NCBI GenBank assembly: GCA_902489075.1
Contig: CABTYO010000008.1
Coordinates: 10,900 to 74,899, forward strand
Origin: an uncultured Faecalicatena sp.
Lineage (GTDB): Bacteria > Bacillota > Clostridia > Lachnospirales > Lachnospiraceae
Length of the DNA: 64,000 bases
Direction of reading: 5' to 3'
Below the pieces are notes generated by a model. It was not told the DNA's origin, searched no databases, and saw only the letters and a list, made by a program, of their open reading frames with translations. Shown here piece by piece: positions 32,917 to 43,456 of the stretch. The translations under genes and the position numbers were made by a program. Numbering within the stretch: the stretch's first letter is position 1; the number at the start of each line of letters is the position of its first letter.

Positions 32917-33579
32917 TCAGACACTCTGCGTCACATCCCAGACCATCAGTTCCTTCTCCACCTCCGCAAACCAGCACTCCCCGTCACGGCAGATCTTACT
33001 CTTCCCATTCGTCCCTTCAATGATCTCATCCGTAACCGGCTTCTCATCATCGGCCGGAACAAGCACGGTCAGCTCAACGGAATCTGTATAACTGGTATCT
33101 AAGGTGTGCAGCCCTCTCTGCCCGAGAATATACTGGATTTTCCCAAGCCCGGTATAATCTGTCTGTATTTTCAGTTTAAACCCGTAAATTCTGGTAATAA
33201 TCGTACTGTGGGCAAGGCCTTCTCTGGACGCAGATGTATATGCGCGCACGAGACCTCCTGTACCGAGCAGGGTGCCGCCGAAATAGCGGGTAACTACAAT
33301 CAGCACATTTTCAAGCTTTGCTCCTTTGATTACCTCCAGAATCGGTTTACCCGCGGTCCCGCCCGGTTCCCCGTCATCACTGCATCGTTCCAGAGGATGC
33401 TCCTGCCTTATTACATACGCATAACAATGGTGTCTGGCATCCCAATACTGCTTTTTGATCTTTTCCAGATAACCAAGTGCTTCCTCTTCTGAAGAAACAG
33501 GAAATACATCTGCAATAAAACGGGACTTCTTTTCGACAATCTCCGCAGTGCTCTCCTGATATAATGTTTTATATTCCAT
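32917..33579 (-). CDS. yigZ: YigZ/IMPACT family protein
   Basis: KKSRFIA, DARHHCYAY, SDDGEPGGTAG, VTRYFGGTLLGTGGLVRAY. Confidence 0.95.
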   Translation of the reverse strand: MEYKTLYQESTAEIVEKKSRFIADVFPVSSEEEALGYLEKIKKQYWDARHHCYAYVIRQEHPLERCSDDGEPGGTAGKPILEVIKGAKLENVLIVVTRYFGGTLLGTGGLVRAYTSASREGLAHSTIITRIYGFKLKIQTDYTGLGKIQYILGQRGLHTLDTSYTDSVELTVLVPADDEKPVTDEIIEGTNGKSKICRDGECWFAEVEKELMVWDVTQSV

Positions 33580-33769
33580 AGTATTTCTACCTCTGTCGAT
33601 GATTTATTGCATTTTCTTTATGCTTACAGATATTAAGTATAGCAAATATGCAGGAAACCTCAAGAAATTATTAAGATTTTTTTATAAATATGAACTTTTA
33701 ACAAATTTTCTTTATTTAGAAGAGTAAATTTGTTATAATGAGTGGAATGAATAAAGGAGGATATTATTC

Positions 33770-36349
33770 ATGAATTACGGAAAAGAAAATCTTTCGAAGA
33801 GAAAGAAGGACATCTCTTCAAAAAAGAATATGAAAAAGAAGCGGGTTGGGGTCCGTGTTTTCAAGGCACTTATCGTCTGCCTGCTGCTGATCATAGTAAT
33901 CGGAGCCGGCGGTGGTGCCCTGTTTATCAAGAAGGTCATCGACAAGGCACCGGAGGTCACCCCCAATAAGGTAAAGCCGTCGGAAGCTACCACTTTCGTG
34001 GTCGATGAGAACGGCAAGCAGCTCGATACCTTTTTTCAGAAGGGATCGAACCGTGTGTACAAGACCTACGATGAGATACCGATCAACCTGACGCACGCCT
34101 TTGTTGCGATTGAGGATGAGCGTTTCTATGAGCACAACGGAATCGACCTGCAGGGTATCTTAAGGGCCGGTGTTGTGGGACTTGCTTCCGGACACTTTTC
34201 AGAGGGTGCGAGTACCCTGACTCAGCAGCTGATCAAGAACAATATTTTCCCTGGCTTCGTAGATGAGAAGAATTTCTATGATAAGCTGCAGCGTAAGCTC
34301 CAGGAGCAGTATCTTGCCGTGGAGATCGAGAAGCAGATGTCAAAGGAAGAGATCGTCGAAGCCTATATGAACACGATCAACTTAGGACAGGGCTGCCTGG
34401 GGGTCCAGACTGCCGCAAAGAGATATTTTGGAAAAGATGTCAGTGAACTTACCCTCAGCGAATGTGCCGTAATCGCAGGGATCACGCAGAGTCCTTCCGA
34501 CTATGATCCGGTGGAGCATCCTGATGCCAACATGAAGAGACGCAATAAGGTATTAAAGAACATGCTGGACCAGGGATATATCACAAAGCAGGATTATGAG
34601 GACGCGAAGGCTGATGATGTATATGCCAGGATCAAGACTACCGTTGATTCTGCTGAAGAGGACAAGCCGAACACTTACTTTATTGACGCACTGCTTGACC
34701 AGGTCATCAAGGATCTGATCAACCGCAAGAGTTATACAGAGACACAGGCCTATAACCAGGTCTACAGCGGCGGGCTTACCATTGTTGCCACGCAGGATCA
34801 GGCCATCCAGCAGATCTGTGACGAAGAAGCTGCCAATCCGGCCAACTATCCTGATGTCACTCAGTATGGTGTCGAATATGCCCTGACAGTTACACATGAA
34901 GACGGCACTTCTGAGAATTACAGTAAGGAGATGCTCGAAAGTTATATCAAGGGTGCCTGGGGCAAAGAGTTCATGGTCTTCTCTTCCCCTGAGGAGGTAC
35001 AGCAGGCAATTAATGAATATAAGAGCACACTGAATATCACAGACAAAGATACTGTTTTCGAGAATGTTGATATTACACCACAGCCGCAGATTTCTATTGT
35101 AGTCATGGATCAGTATACAGGAAAAGTAAAAGCCATCGTGGGAGGACGCGGGGAAAAGAAGACAAGCCGTTCCCTGAACCGTGCAACAGCCTCCACAAGA
35201 CAGCCTGGTTCCTGTTTTAAGATTCTCTCTACCTATGCACCTGCACTGGATTCTGCCGGATATACGCTGGCATCAACGATTGATGACTCCGAATTCCACT
35301 ACGACAACGGACAGCTGGTCAACAACTGGGATCATAAGTATATCGGACAGACACGTGTACGCTATGCGATCGAGCATTCCATGAACGTCTGTGCAGTTAA
35401 GACACTGACTGACATCGGACTGCAGACCGGATTTGATGAACTTAAGAACTTTGGAATCTCTACACTGGTCAATAATGACAATCCTGAGTACCCTGGCTAC
35501 TCTGATGTAGCACAGGCAACCGCACTCGGCGGTATCACACTCGGTGTCTACAACATCGAGATGACCGCTGCCTATGCAGCAATTGCCAATAACGGAGTCT
35601 ATACAGAGCCGATCCTTTATACCAAGGTTCTCGATCCTGAGGGCAATGTCCTTTTAGACAATACAGAACCTGCTACTCATCAGGTCATCAAGGATTCTAC
35701 TGCCGCTCTGCTTACAAGTGCAATGCAGGATGTTATTAACAAAGGAACCGGTACAGCGGCAAGACTGAACAATATGCCGGCCGCAGGTAAGACAGGTACA
35801 ACAGAGTCCAGTACAGACCTCTGGCTCTCCGCATATACTCCATACTATACCTGTTCCGTATGGACCGGATATGACTCCAATCAGCCGATGGAGGCACAGT
35901 ATGGTTACCAGTTTTACAATCAGAGCTGGCATGAGGTCATGTGGAAGAACATCATGGACCGGATTCACGCGGCCCTTCCTTACAAGGACTTCACAATGCC
36001 ATCTTCTGTAGAGCAGAAGACGGTCTGTACACAGACAGGGCTTCTGGCAACCTCTTCCTGCCCTCCTCTGACAGAATATTTTGCCAAGGGGACTGCACCG
36101 ACACAAAGCTGTCCGGGACATGTGATTGAAAAGCCTGTGGAAGATAAAGACAAGGACAAGGATAAAGACAAAGATAAGGATAAGCCGGATACAGAGAATC
36201 CGGACGATGCCGAGAATCCGGATGATCCTTCCGGCGGAGGAGAAACACCTACTCCTGATCCGGGCGGTGGAGAAGAGGCGCCTCCGGTTGACGGCGGCGG
36301 TGAACTGACACCTCCGGTTGACGGCGGCGAACAGGCTCCGGCTGAATAA
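33770..36349 (+). CDS. Class A penicillin-binding protein (PBP1A family)
   Basis: N-terminal TM; GT51 motifs EDERFYEH and GASTLTQQL; transpeptidase SCFK, SMN, KTG; low-complexity DK/PG tail. Confidence 0.95.
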   Translation: MNYGKENLSKRKKDISSKKNMKKKRVGVRVFKALIVCLLLIIVIGAGGGALFIKKVIDKAPEVTPNKVKPSEATTFVVDENGKQLDTFFQKGSNRVYKTYDEIPINLTHAFVAIEDERFYEHNGIDLQGILRAGVVGLASGHFSEGASTLTQQLIKNNIFPGFVDEKNFYDKLQRKLQEQYLAVEIEKQMSKEEIVEAYMNTINLGQGCLGVQTAAKRYFGKDVSELTLSECAVIAGITQSPSDYDPVEHPDANMKRRNKVLKNMLDQGYITKQDYEDAKADDVYARIKTTVDSAEEDKPNTYFIDALLDQVIKDLINRKSYTETQAYNQVYSGGLTIVATQDQAIQQICDEEAANPANYPDVTQYGVEYALTVTHEDGTSENYSKEMLESYIKGAWGKEFMVFSSPEEVQQAINEYKSTLNITDKDTVFENVDITPQPQISIVVMDQYTGKVKAIVGGRGEKKTSRSLNRATASTRQPGSCFKILSTYAPALDSAGYTLASTIDDSEFHYDNGQLVNNWDHKYIGQTRVRYAIEHSMNVCAVKTLTDIGLQTGFDELKNFGISTLVNNDNPEYPGYSDVAQATALGGITLGVYNIEMTAAYAAIANNGVYTEPILYTKVLDPEGNVLLDNTEPATHQVIKDSTAALLTSAMQDVINKGTGTAARLNNMPAAGKTGTTESSTDLWLSAYTPYYTCSVWTGYDSNQPMEAQYGYQFYNQSWHEVMWKNIMDRIHAALPYKDFTMPSSVEQKTVCTQTGLLATSSCPPLTEYFAKGTAPTQSCPGHVIEKPVEDKDKDKDKDKDKDKPDTENPDDAENPDDPSGGGETPTPDPGGGEEAPPVDGGGELTPPVDGGEQAPAE

Positions 36350-36382
36350 GGATAAGAACACATTTTCCATGTGAATTACAAT

Positions 36383-36431
36383 AAAAAGCAGAGAAGAAAG
36401 AAATTCTAAATTTCGATCTTCTCTGCTTTTT
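36383..36431. terminator. Bidirectional intrinsic terminator (PBP1A / glucokinase)
   Basis: aaaaagcagagaaga ... tcttctctgcttttt. Confidence 0.75.
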
Positions 36432-36460
36432 TGTCTGTTGAGATTTCGTCTGTCTATGTA

Positions 36461-37396
36461 CTAATTATCCAGTACCAGCTTCGCTGACCCGCAGATTCCT
36501 GCGTCATTGCCCAGAGTTGCCAGAACAAACTTCACATCTTCGTTTGCAAAAAATACGCGTTCTCTGAACGGCTTCTCAATATAGGAAAGCAGCACTTCTC
36601 CTGCCTTAGATACTCCGCCGCCGATCACGAATACGGATGGATCCGTAACTGCCGCCAGATTCGCCAGTGCATATCCCAGGTAACGTCCGAATTCTTCTGC
36701 AATCTCCATTGCAACAATATCACCGCTCTTCACTGCATCAAACACATCCTTGGCAGTCACTGTCTCTTTCACAAGGACAGTGCTTCTTGTCTCATGTTCC
36801 AGCTTTCTTCTTGCCAGTCGTACAATTCCGGTGGCTGATGCATACTGCTCCAGACAGCCGCATCTTCCGCAGCCGCAGGTCTCTGTCTCTTCATAATTCA
36901 CACAGATATGGCCGATCTCGCCGCCGGCGCCGTTGGATCCTGTAACCATCCTGCCCCCGACGATTACTCCGCCGCCGACTCCGGTTCCCAATGTCACCAT
37001 GATCATATTCTTCTGACCTGCACCGCCGCCTTTCCACATCTCACCTAAGGCTGCCACGTTCGCGTCATTTCCAATCTCTGCTTTTATTCCGGTCAGTTCT
37101 TCCAGCTCTTTCTTTACATTCTTGTATTTCCAGCCAAGATTCGCGCTGCCATTGACAATCCCGTCTTCTGTCACCGGCGCAGGAACACCTGCTCCGATTC
37201 CCAGTACATCGGCTTTGTCAATCTTCTTTTCCTCAAGCTTTGCCAGGATGGCTGCGGCAATATCGGGAAGGATCGCTTTTCCTTCCTCCTCGGTATGAGT
37301 GACGATCTCCCACTTGTCAAGAATCTCGCCGCTCTCCTCAAACAGTCCTAACTTTACGGTTGTTCCTCCAATATCTACGCCAAAACAATACTTCAT
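36461..37396 (-). CDS. glcK: ROK family glucokinase
   Basis: GVDIGGT, NDANVAALGE, TLGTGVGGG, GEIGH, CGCGRCGCLE. Confidence 0.92.
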   Translation of the reverse strand: MKYCFGVDIGGTTVKLGLFEESGEILDKWEIVTHTEEEGKAILPDIAAAILAKLEEKKIDKADVLGIGAGVPAPVTEDGIVNGSANLGWKYKNVKKELEELTGIKAEIGNDANVAALGEMWKGGGAGQKNMIMVTLGTGVGGGVIVGGRMVTGSNGAGGEIGHICVNYEETETCGCGRCGCLEQYASATGIVRLARRKLEHETRSTVLVKETVTAKDVFDAVKSGDIVAMEIAEEFGRYLGYALANLAAVTDPSVFVIGGGVSKAGEVLLSYIEKPFRERVFFANEDVKFVLATLGNDAGICGSAKLVLDN

Positions 37397-37449
37397 GATC
37401 TGTCTCCTATCTGTCTTTTCCTGTCTTTCTTTTCTTCCTTCACTCTGCC

Positions 37450-38379
37450 CTATCTGTTCTTTGCCAGATTCTCCTGCACGCGCTTGTACAGCTCCTGAGC
37501 GGCATTATACCCCATCTGCTTCTGTCTGTGGTTGACAGCCGCTGACTCTACAATGATCGCCAGATTACGTCCCGGACGGATCGGGATACTGTGGCATACT
37601 ACACGGTTCCCCAGGAATTCGGTATAATTCTCTTCCAGTCCCAGACGATCGTATTCCTTGTCACGGTTCCAGTCTTCCAGCGTAATGACCAGATCGATAT
37701 TCTGGGTCTCTCTGACACTCTGTACACCGAACATGGACTTCACATCCACGATGCCGATTCCGCGCAGTTCAATAAAATGTCTGGTAATATCAGGTGCTGC
37801 ACCTACCAGGGTATCATCACTGACCTTGCGGATCTCTACGACATCATCTGTCACCAGACGGTGTCCTCTCTTGATCAGCTCCAGAGCTGCCTCGCTCTTG
37901 CCGATCCCGCTCTCACCCATAATCAGCACGCCGACACCATATACATCCACAAGCACACCATGGATCGAAATGCAGGGTGCCAGTTTCACATTCAGCCAGC
38001 GGATCAGCTCACCCATAAAGGATGATGTGGACTTCGCTGTCGTAAAAATAGGTACTCCGTGCTCAACAGCCTTCTCCAGCAGCGCCTGATCAGGCTGCAT
38101 GTCCCTGCTGAATACGATGCAGGGCACCTTATGGCTTAAAAGCTCCTCATAGATCTCAAGCTTACGCTCCTCTGTCAGAGTCTTCAGATATGCGTCCTCT
38201 ACATGTCCGATCATCTGCACCCTGTCAGAATCGAAATGTGTAAAAAATCCGGTCAGCTGAAGCGCCGGTCTGTTAATATCCGGCACATTCACTTCTCTTC
38301 CGATCAATTCCACATCAGGAGTCAGATTCTTCAAATCCATCTTTTCAACGATCTCACTTAACTTTACTCCTTGTACCAT
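37450..38379 (-). CDS. hprK: HPr kinase/phosphorylase
   Basis: GESGIGKSE, LVTDD, IELRGIGI, PIRPGRNLA; ATG 38379 follows AAGGAG. Confidence 0.97.
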   Translation of the reverse strand: MVQGVKLSEIVEKMDLKNLTPDVELIGREVNVPDINRPALQLTGFFTHFDSDRVQMIGHVEDAYLKTLTEERKLEIYEELLSHKVPCIVFSRDMQPDQALLEKAVEHGVPIFTTAKSTSSFMGELIRWLNVKLAPCISIHGVLVDVYGVGVLIMGESGIGKSEAALELIKRGHRLVTDDVVEIRKVSDDTLVGAAPDITRHFIELRGIGIVDVKSMFGVQSVRETQNIDLVITLEDWNRDKEYDRLGLEENYTEFLGNRVVCHSIPIRPGRNLAIIVESAAVNHRQKQMGYNAAQELYKRVQENLAKNR

Positions 38380-38568
38380 AGTATTCTCCTTTTCCTTTAT
38401 TACCTGCTGCACATAAAACGGCAGAAAACTAACAGATTCCCTTTTATTGTACCATAATTTCCAGGCTCGTGAAATACCCCGCCAGGTAATTAGGTATATT
38501 AACAAATCCAGTGCACTACTCGGAAATTGAATAACCGGGGATTCCCGCCTGCTATCCTAAAACCCGTT

Positions 38569-40443
38569 TCAGGCTTCGCTGCTTTCCTCTTTCCCGTGGA
38601 AAAACCGGTACACTGCCTCCGCGGCCTTTTCATTCATGGACGGAACTGCTGCAAGCTCTTCCACTGTCGCCGCCCTGATTGCATCCAGGCTCATATAATG
38701 GCGCATCAGCGCCTTTCTTCTGGCCGGGCCGATACCTTCTATGTCATCCAGAATCGAGTGCACCTGCCCCTTGGAACGCAGCTGGCGGTGATACTCAATG
38801 GCGAACCGGTGGGCTTCATCCTGAATCCTTGTGACCAGCCGGAAAGCCTCCGAGGACTTATCGATGGGGATCTCCACATTATGATAATACAATCCTCTCG
38901 TCCTGTGGTAATCATCCTTCACCATACCGCACACCGGAATATTCAGATGCAGTTCATCTAAAACCTCCAGTGCCACATTGACCTGCCCCTTTCCACCATC
39001 CATCAGGATCAGATCCGGGAACAAGGTGAATCCTCCCAGTTCTTTACTCTCTTCTCTTTCCCTGAGCCCATGGGTAAAACGTCTGGTCAGTACCTCACGC
39101 ATACTTCCGTAATCATCCGCCCCTTCGATCCCCTTGATCTTGAACTTGCGGTAATCATTCCGCTTCGGTCTGCCCCGCTCATATACAACCATGGAACCGA
39201 CGGACTCGAACCCATTTGTATTGGAAATATCGTACGCCTCCATACGGTTGATTCCATCCAGCTCAAGCAGCTTTGCAATCTCCTTGACCGCACCGATTGT
39301 CCTGCCCTCTTCCCGCTTGAGACGCTCCTTATCCTTGCTGAGAACAAGCCCTGCATTATTGGCTGCCAGTTCTACCAGCTTCTCTTTGGTCCCTTTCTTC
39401 GGCACGCGGATCGAAACCCTGCCGCCTCTCTTCGTACTCAGCCACTCCTCCAGAAGCTGCATATCATCCAGCTCCTCCGGAAGCATCAGCTCACTGGGGA
39501 TAAATGGAGTTCCCGCATAATATTGCTTGATAAAACTGTCCAGCACCTCTTTATGCGGCTCATCCTTCGAAATACGCAGATAAAAGTGGTCCCTTCCGAT
39601 CAGCCTGCCGCCCCGGATAAAGAACACCTGTACCACTGCATCCTCTTCCTCCGAAGCCACAGCCAGAACATCTCTGTCCTCCCCGCTGCTGTCCGTAATC
39701 TTCTGCTTCTGGGCCACCTTTTTCACACTGTTCAACAGTTCCCTGTACTCGATCGCCTTCTCGAACTCCAGCGCCTCGGACGCCTCATTCATCTTCTCCT
39801 GCAGTTCCTTCAAGATCCCGTCGAAATTCCCGTTCAGGAACCGGATCACCTCCTGGACAGCCTTCCCGTACTCTTCCTGGGAAATATATCCCTGGCACGG
39901 ACCGTCACACTGCTTGATATGGTAGTTCAGGCAGGGTCTCTCCTTCCCCACATCTCTCGGCAGATTCCGGTTACAGCTGCGGATATGATACAGCTTATGC
40001 AGCAGATCAATGGTATCCCTGACCGCCTGTGAACTCGTATACGGTCCAAAATACTTCGCCTTGTCTTTCAGCATCTTTCTGGCAAGCATCACGCGCGGAT
40101 AAGGCTCATTCGTCGTCACCTTAATGAACGGATAGGCCTTGTCATCCATCAGCATGGTATTATACTTGGGCCGGTGCTCCTTGATCAGATTGCATTCCAG
40201 TACAAGCGCTTCCAGCTCCGAATCCGTCACGATATACTCAAACCTCCGTATATGCGTGACCATCTGTTCAATCTTAACCCCCTTATTCCTGCTGCTCTGG
40301 AAATACTGCCGGACCCGGTTCTTAAGGCTGATCGCCTTGCCAACATAGATGATGTTGTCCCGCTCATCATGCATAATATAAACCCCCGGTTTGGCCGGGA
40401 GTTTCTTTAACTCTTCCTGAATATCAAAATTATTATTTTCCAT
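38569..40443 (-). CDS. uvrC: Excinuclease ABC subunit C
   Basis: GIY-YIG (PGVY..IYVGKA), YDISN, DGGKGQ, C-terminal HhH; alternative start at 40452. Confidence 0.97.
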   Translation of the reverse strand: MENNNFDIQEELKKLPAKPGVYIMHDERDNIIYVGKAISLKNRVRQYFQSSRNKGVKIEQMVTHIRRFEYIVTDSELEALVLECNLIKEHRPKYNTMLMDDKAYPFIKVTTNEPYPRVMLARKMLKDKAKYFGPYTSSQAVRDTIDLLHKLYHIRSCNRNLPRDVGKERPCLNYHIKQCDGPCQGYISQEEYGKAVQEVIRFLNGNFDGILKELQEKMNEASEALEFEKAIEYRELLNSVKKVAQKQKITDSSGEDRDVLAVASEEEDAVVQVFFIRGGRLIGRDHFYLRISKDEPHKEVLDSFIKQYYAGTPFIPSELMLPEELDDMQLLEEWLSTKRGGRVSIRVPKKGTKEKLVELAANNAGLVLSKDKERLKREEGRTIGAVKEIAKLLELDGINRMEAYDISNTNGFESVGSMVVYERGRPKRNDYRKFKIKGIEGADDYGSMREVLTRRFTHGLREREESKELGGFTLFPDLILMDGGKGQVNVALEVLDELHLNIPVCGMVKDDYHRTRGLYYHNVEIPIDKSSEAFRLVTRIQDEAHRFAIEYHRQLRSKGQVHSILDDIEGIGPARRKALMRHYMSLDAIRAATVEELAAVPSMNEKAAEAVYRFFHGKEESSEA

Positions 40444-40450
40444 GGTATAC

Positions 40451-40479
40451 ATTATAAAGCTTTACAGGGGTTTTGTGAA
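40451..40479 (-). promoter_or_regulatory. Sigma-A-type promoter of uvrC
   Basis: Minus strand TTCACA (40479-40474), 17 nt, TATAAT (40456-40451). Confidence 0.6.
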
Positions 40480-40527
40480 GTAAAATTTGATAGTGACGAG
40501 CTTTAGCCTCGGAACGGACGGGGGTGA

Positions 40528-40837
40528 GGGACGCTGAGTAAGACGAAAACCGGGAACCTGCCTGCTGTATACGCCGTTTCAAACTCCGCACCGCTTAACG
40601 AAGCTGTACTAATGGTCCGAAAGGCGCCCAGAAGGGCAGACCTGGGATGCGGCGTAAAAATTGATATTTTTTACGCCTTAGCCCGGGGTGAAAATTGATT
40701 TTGGAGAATCAATTTTCATCCCTTCTGGGCGCCTTCCAGACCATAAGTACAGCTAGTCGTCCGCTATAAGGAGCTTTGAAACGGCGTATACAGCAGGCAG
40801 GCTCCCGGTTTCCATCCCACTCAGCTGGTTCATCAGG
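40528..40837 (-). repeat. Y-shaped fold-back element E5
   Basis: + strand gggacgctgagt ... actcagctggttcatcagg; arms cctgcctgctgtatacgccgtttcaaa / tttgaaacggcgtatacagcaggcagg; inner hairpins 40651-40677 and 40689-40718. Confidence 0.9.
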
Positions 40838-40974
40838 TCAGTAGAGATGGCGCTCGTTACAGGGGGGCATAGACCGGAGCTACGGATTGAATCGTCTGGT
40901 GGACAAAAACTGGCTTGGGGAATTTCTTTTGATATCTGAAACAGAAAAACGGAAGGATGCTCTTATTCTTCTGA

Positions 40975-41287
40975 CCGGATGCGTCAGCTGTGAGAAATGC
41001 GGACCGTGGTTCCCTCGGGCGCTGTGTATGTCGGTTCAAATACCCATAAAGACCGTGATTAGAAAATGTTACTGAAAAAATGAGGAAAATGAAGGTCGGA
41101 ATCAGGCGTTCAACGCCTGATTCCGTGCCATACCTGCCGGGAAATCATCAGGATTTCCCGGCATATATGGCAGTGCCTTCATTTTCCTCATTTTTTCTGT
41201 TACTTTTTCTTCGCGGACGGTAAGGGTTTTGAACCGACATACACAGCGCCCGAGGGAACCACGGTCCGCATTTTTCACAGCGTCCCC
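40975..41287 (+). repeat. Y-shaped fold-back element E6
   Basis: ccggatgcgtcagc ... gcgtcccc; 53-bp outer arm (40988-41040 / 41228-41280) with one G.T; inner hairpins 41098-41124 (TTCAA loop) and 41135-41163 (ATCAG loop). Confidence 0.92.
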
Positions 41288-41290
41288 TCT

Positions 41291-43315
41291 CTACCAGAGG
41301 TCTGATTTCGGTTCTTCTGCTTTTTCCTCAACTGCAATTTCTTTAACCGGCTTCATACCGATCCGGGTCTCTTTTTTTGGTTCTGCGCCTTCCTCCGGCT
41401 CCTCGATCCCCTTGACTTCGCGGAAGATCTTCATGAATTCTTTTCCGGTGATGGTCTCTTTCTCGATCAGGAATGCGGAAATCTTATCCAGTGCCTCTCT
41501 GTTCTCGTTTAAGAGACGCTTTGCTTCTTCGTATGCTTTCTTGAGCATGGCCATGACTTCGCCGTCGATCTCGGCTGCTGTCGCTTCACCGCAGCTCATA
41601 ACTGGGCGTCCGTCCAGATAACGGTTCTGGATGGACTCAAGGCCGATGAGTCCGAACTTCTCGGACATTCCGTACTGGGTGATCATGGCTCTGGCGATCT
41701 TGGTCGCCTGCTCAATGTCGTTGGATGCTCCGGTGGTTACGGTGTCGAACACGATCTCCTCTGCGGCGCGTCCGGCCAGGGCTCCGACTAACATGGCCTC
41801 TAATTCCTTCTTGGTGTTCAGGAACTTCTCTTCCTCAGGAGTCTGCATTACATAACCAAGGGCTCCCATGGTTCTTGGTACGATTGTGATCTTCTGTACC
41901 GGCTCTGCATCTTTCTGCAGGGCGCTGACTAATGCATGGCCGACTTCATGATAAGAGACGATCTGTCGCTCTTCCTCGCTCATGATGCGGTCCTTCTTCT
42001 CTTTTCCGACCAGTACGACTTCGACTGCTTCGAATAAATCCTTCTGGCTGACCACCTGTCTGCCGTTCTTGACGGCATTGATGGCTGCCTCGTTGATCAT
42101 ATTGGCAAGGTCGGAACCGACAGCTCCTGAGGTTGCCAGTGCAATGGCTTCCAGATCCACGGTCTCATCCATCTTCACATCTTTTGAATGCACTTTCAGG
42201 ACATCGATACGTCCCTTTAAGTCCGGCTTATCTACTATAATACGTCTGTCGAAACGGCCCGGACGAAGCAGTGCCGGATCGAGTACTTCCGGACGGTTCG
42301 TTGCCGCCAGAAGCAGAAGTCCCTTATTGGTATCAAATCCATCCATCTCGGCCAGCAGCTGATTCAGTGTCTGCTCACGTTCGTCATTGCCGCCCATTGC
42401 GGTATCACGTGTCTTACCAATGGCATCGATCTCATCGATAAATACGATACACGGTGCCATCTGCTGTGCCTGCTTGAACAGGTCACGGACACGGGATGCA
42501 CCCACACCGACATACATCTCTACAAATGCGGAGCCTGACAGTGAGAAGAACGGTACCTTCGCCTCTCCTGCAACTGCCTTGGCAAGCAGGGTCTTACCTG
42601 TACCCGGAGGTCCTACAAGAAGCGCACCCTTGGGCAGCTTCGCACCGATCCCCGTATATTTGCCCGGATTGTGCAGGAAATCAACTACTTCCTGCAGGGA
42701 CTCTTTCGCTTCATCCTGACCAGCTACATCCTGGAATGTAACTCCGGTCTCCTTCTCCACGTATACCTTGGCATTGCTCTTGCCGATTCCCATCATGCCG
42801 CCGCCCTTGGACATACGCTTCATCACGAAGTTAAAGAAGATAATGATCAGAAGGAGTGGCAATATAACCGTAAGGAATATCTCGAATATCATGGTAGACG
42901 CCGTATCCGGAATCCGCTGCTCATATTCCACTCCGGCCTTGTAGAGCCGGTCTGATAAGGTATCATCCTTCACCGCACCCGTATAATAGTCCGGTGCCTT
43001 CTCTTCCTTGCTGCCGCTCTTCTTCTCGAGCTGGCTTACAAGATCAGAAGCCGTACTGGTTCCTTCCTTCTTCCTTGCCTCATCTGTTAATGTAATATAA
43101 ATCTTTGTTGATTCAATGGTGACTTTCTCAACCTTTCCCTCATCCACCATCGTCAGGAACTTATCGTAACTGATCTCTTCAGGATTCTTATCCTGCATCA
43201 TCGAGTATAATCCCATCACTATAAAAACAGTCAACAGCGTTGTTACCAGGATGATTCCCCAGCCCTGACGATTGTTTTTCGGATCTTTATTATTTCTGTT
43301 ATTCTGATTATCCAT
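41291..43315 (-). CDS. ftsH: ATP-dependent zinc metalloprotease FtsH
   Basis: Two TMs, [28 protein letters not shown] 43315 follows AGGAGG. Confidence 0.97.
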   Translation of the reverse strand: MDNQNNRNNKDPKNNRQGWGIILVTTLLTVFIVMGLYSMMQDKNPEEISYDKFLTMVDEGKVEKVTIESTKIYITLTDEARKKEGTSTASDLVSQLEKKSGSKEEKAPDYYTGAVKDDTLSDRLYKAGVEYEQRIPDTASTMIFEIFLTVILPLLLIIIFFNFVMKRMSKGGGMMGIGKSNAKVYVEKETGVTFQDVAGQDEAKESLQEVVDFLHNPGKYTGIGAKLPKGALLVGPPGTGKTLLAKAVAGEAKVPFFSLSGSAFVEMYVGVGASRVRDLFKQAQQMAPCIVFIDEIDAIGKTRDTAMGGNDEREQTLNQLLAEMDGFDTNKGLLLLAATNRPEVLDPALLRPGRFDRRIIVDKPDLKGRIDVLKVHSKDVKMDETVDLEAIALATSGAVGSDLANMINEAAINAVKNGRQVVSQKDLFEAVEVVLVGKEKKDRIMSEEERQIVSYHEVGHALVSALQKDAEPVQKITIVPRTMGALGYVMQTPEEEKFLNTKKELEAMLVGALAGRAAEEIVFDTVTTGASNDIEQATKIARAMITQYGMSEKFGLIGLESIQNRYLDGRPVMSCGEATAAEIDGEVMAMLKKAYEEAKRLLNENREALDKISAFLIEKETITGKEFMKIFREVKGIEEPEEGAEPKKETRIGMKPVKEIAVEEKAEEPKSDLW

Positions 43316-43456
43316 TCTCTGCCTCCTAAAATCCACTATCCCCATTATAAGTACAGCTTCAACATAAATCAATAAAAAGATTATGAAAATATTGTAAACA
43401 CAGGGCGTTTTATAGTATACTGATTACGAAATATGTCATGAGTGAGGAAAGAGAAA

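Noticed and set aside
36140..36330. DK and PPVDGGG repeats in the PBP1A tail
   Set aside because: Low-complexity tails are ordinary for class A PBPs.
22198..41287. CRISPR array or IS element interpretation of the repeats
   Set aside because: No regularly spaced direct repeats with spacers, no cas gene or transposase, and no target-site duplication seen.
40857..41621. Two ORFs on opposite strands both starting MNRHTQRPREPRSAF
   Set aside because: The identity comes from the inverted arms of E6, not from duplicated genes.
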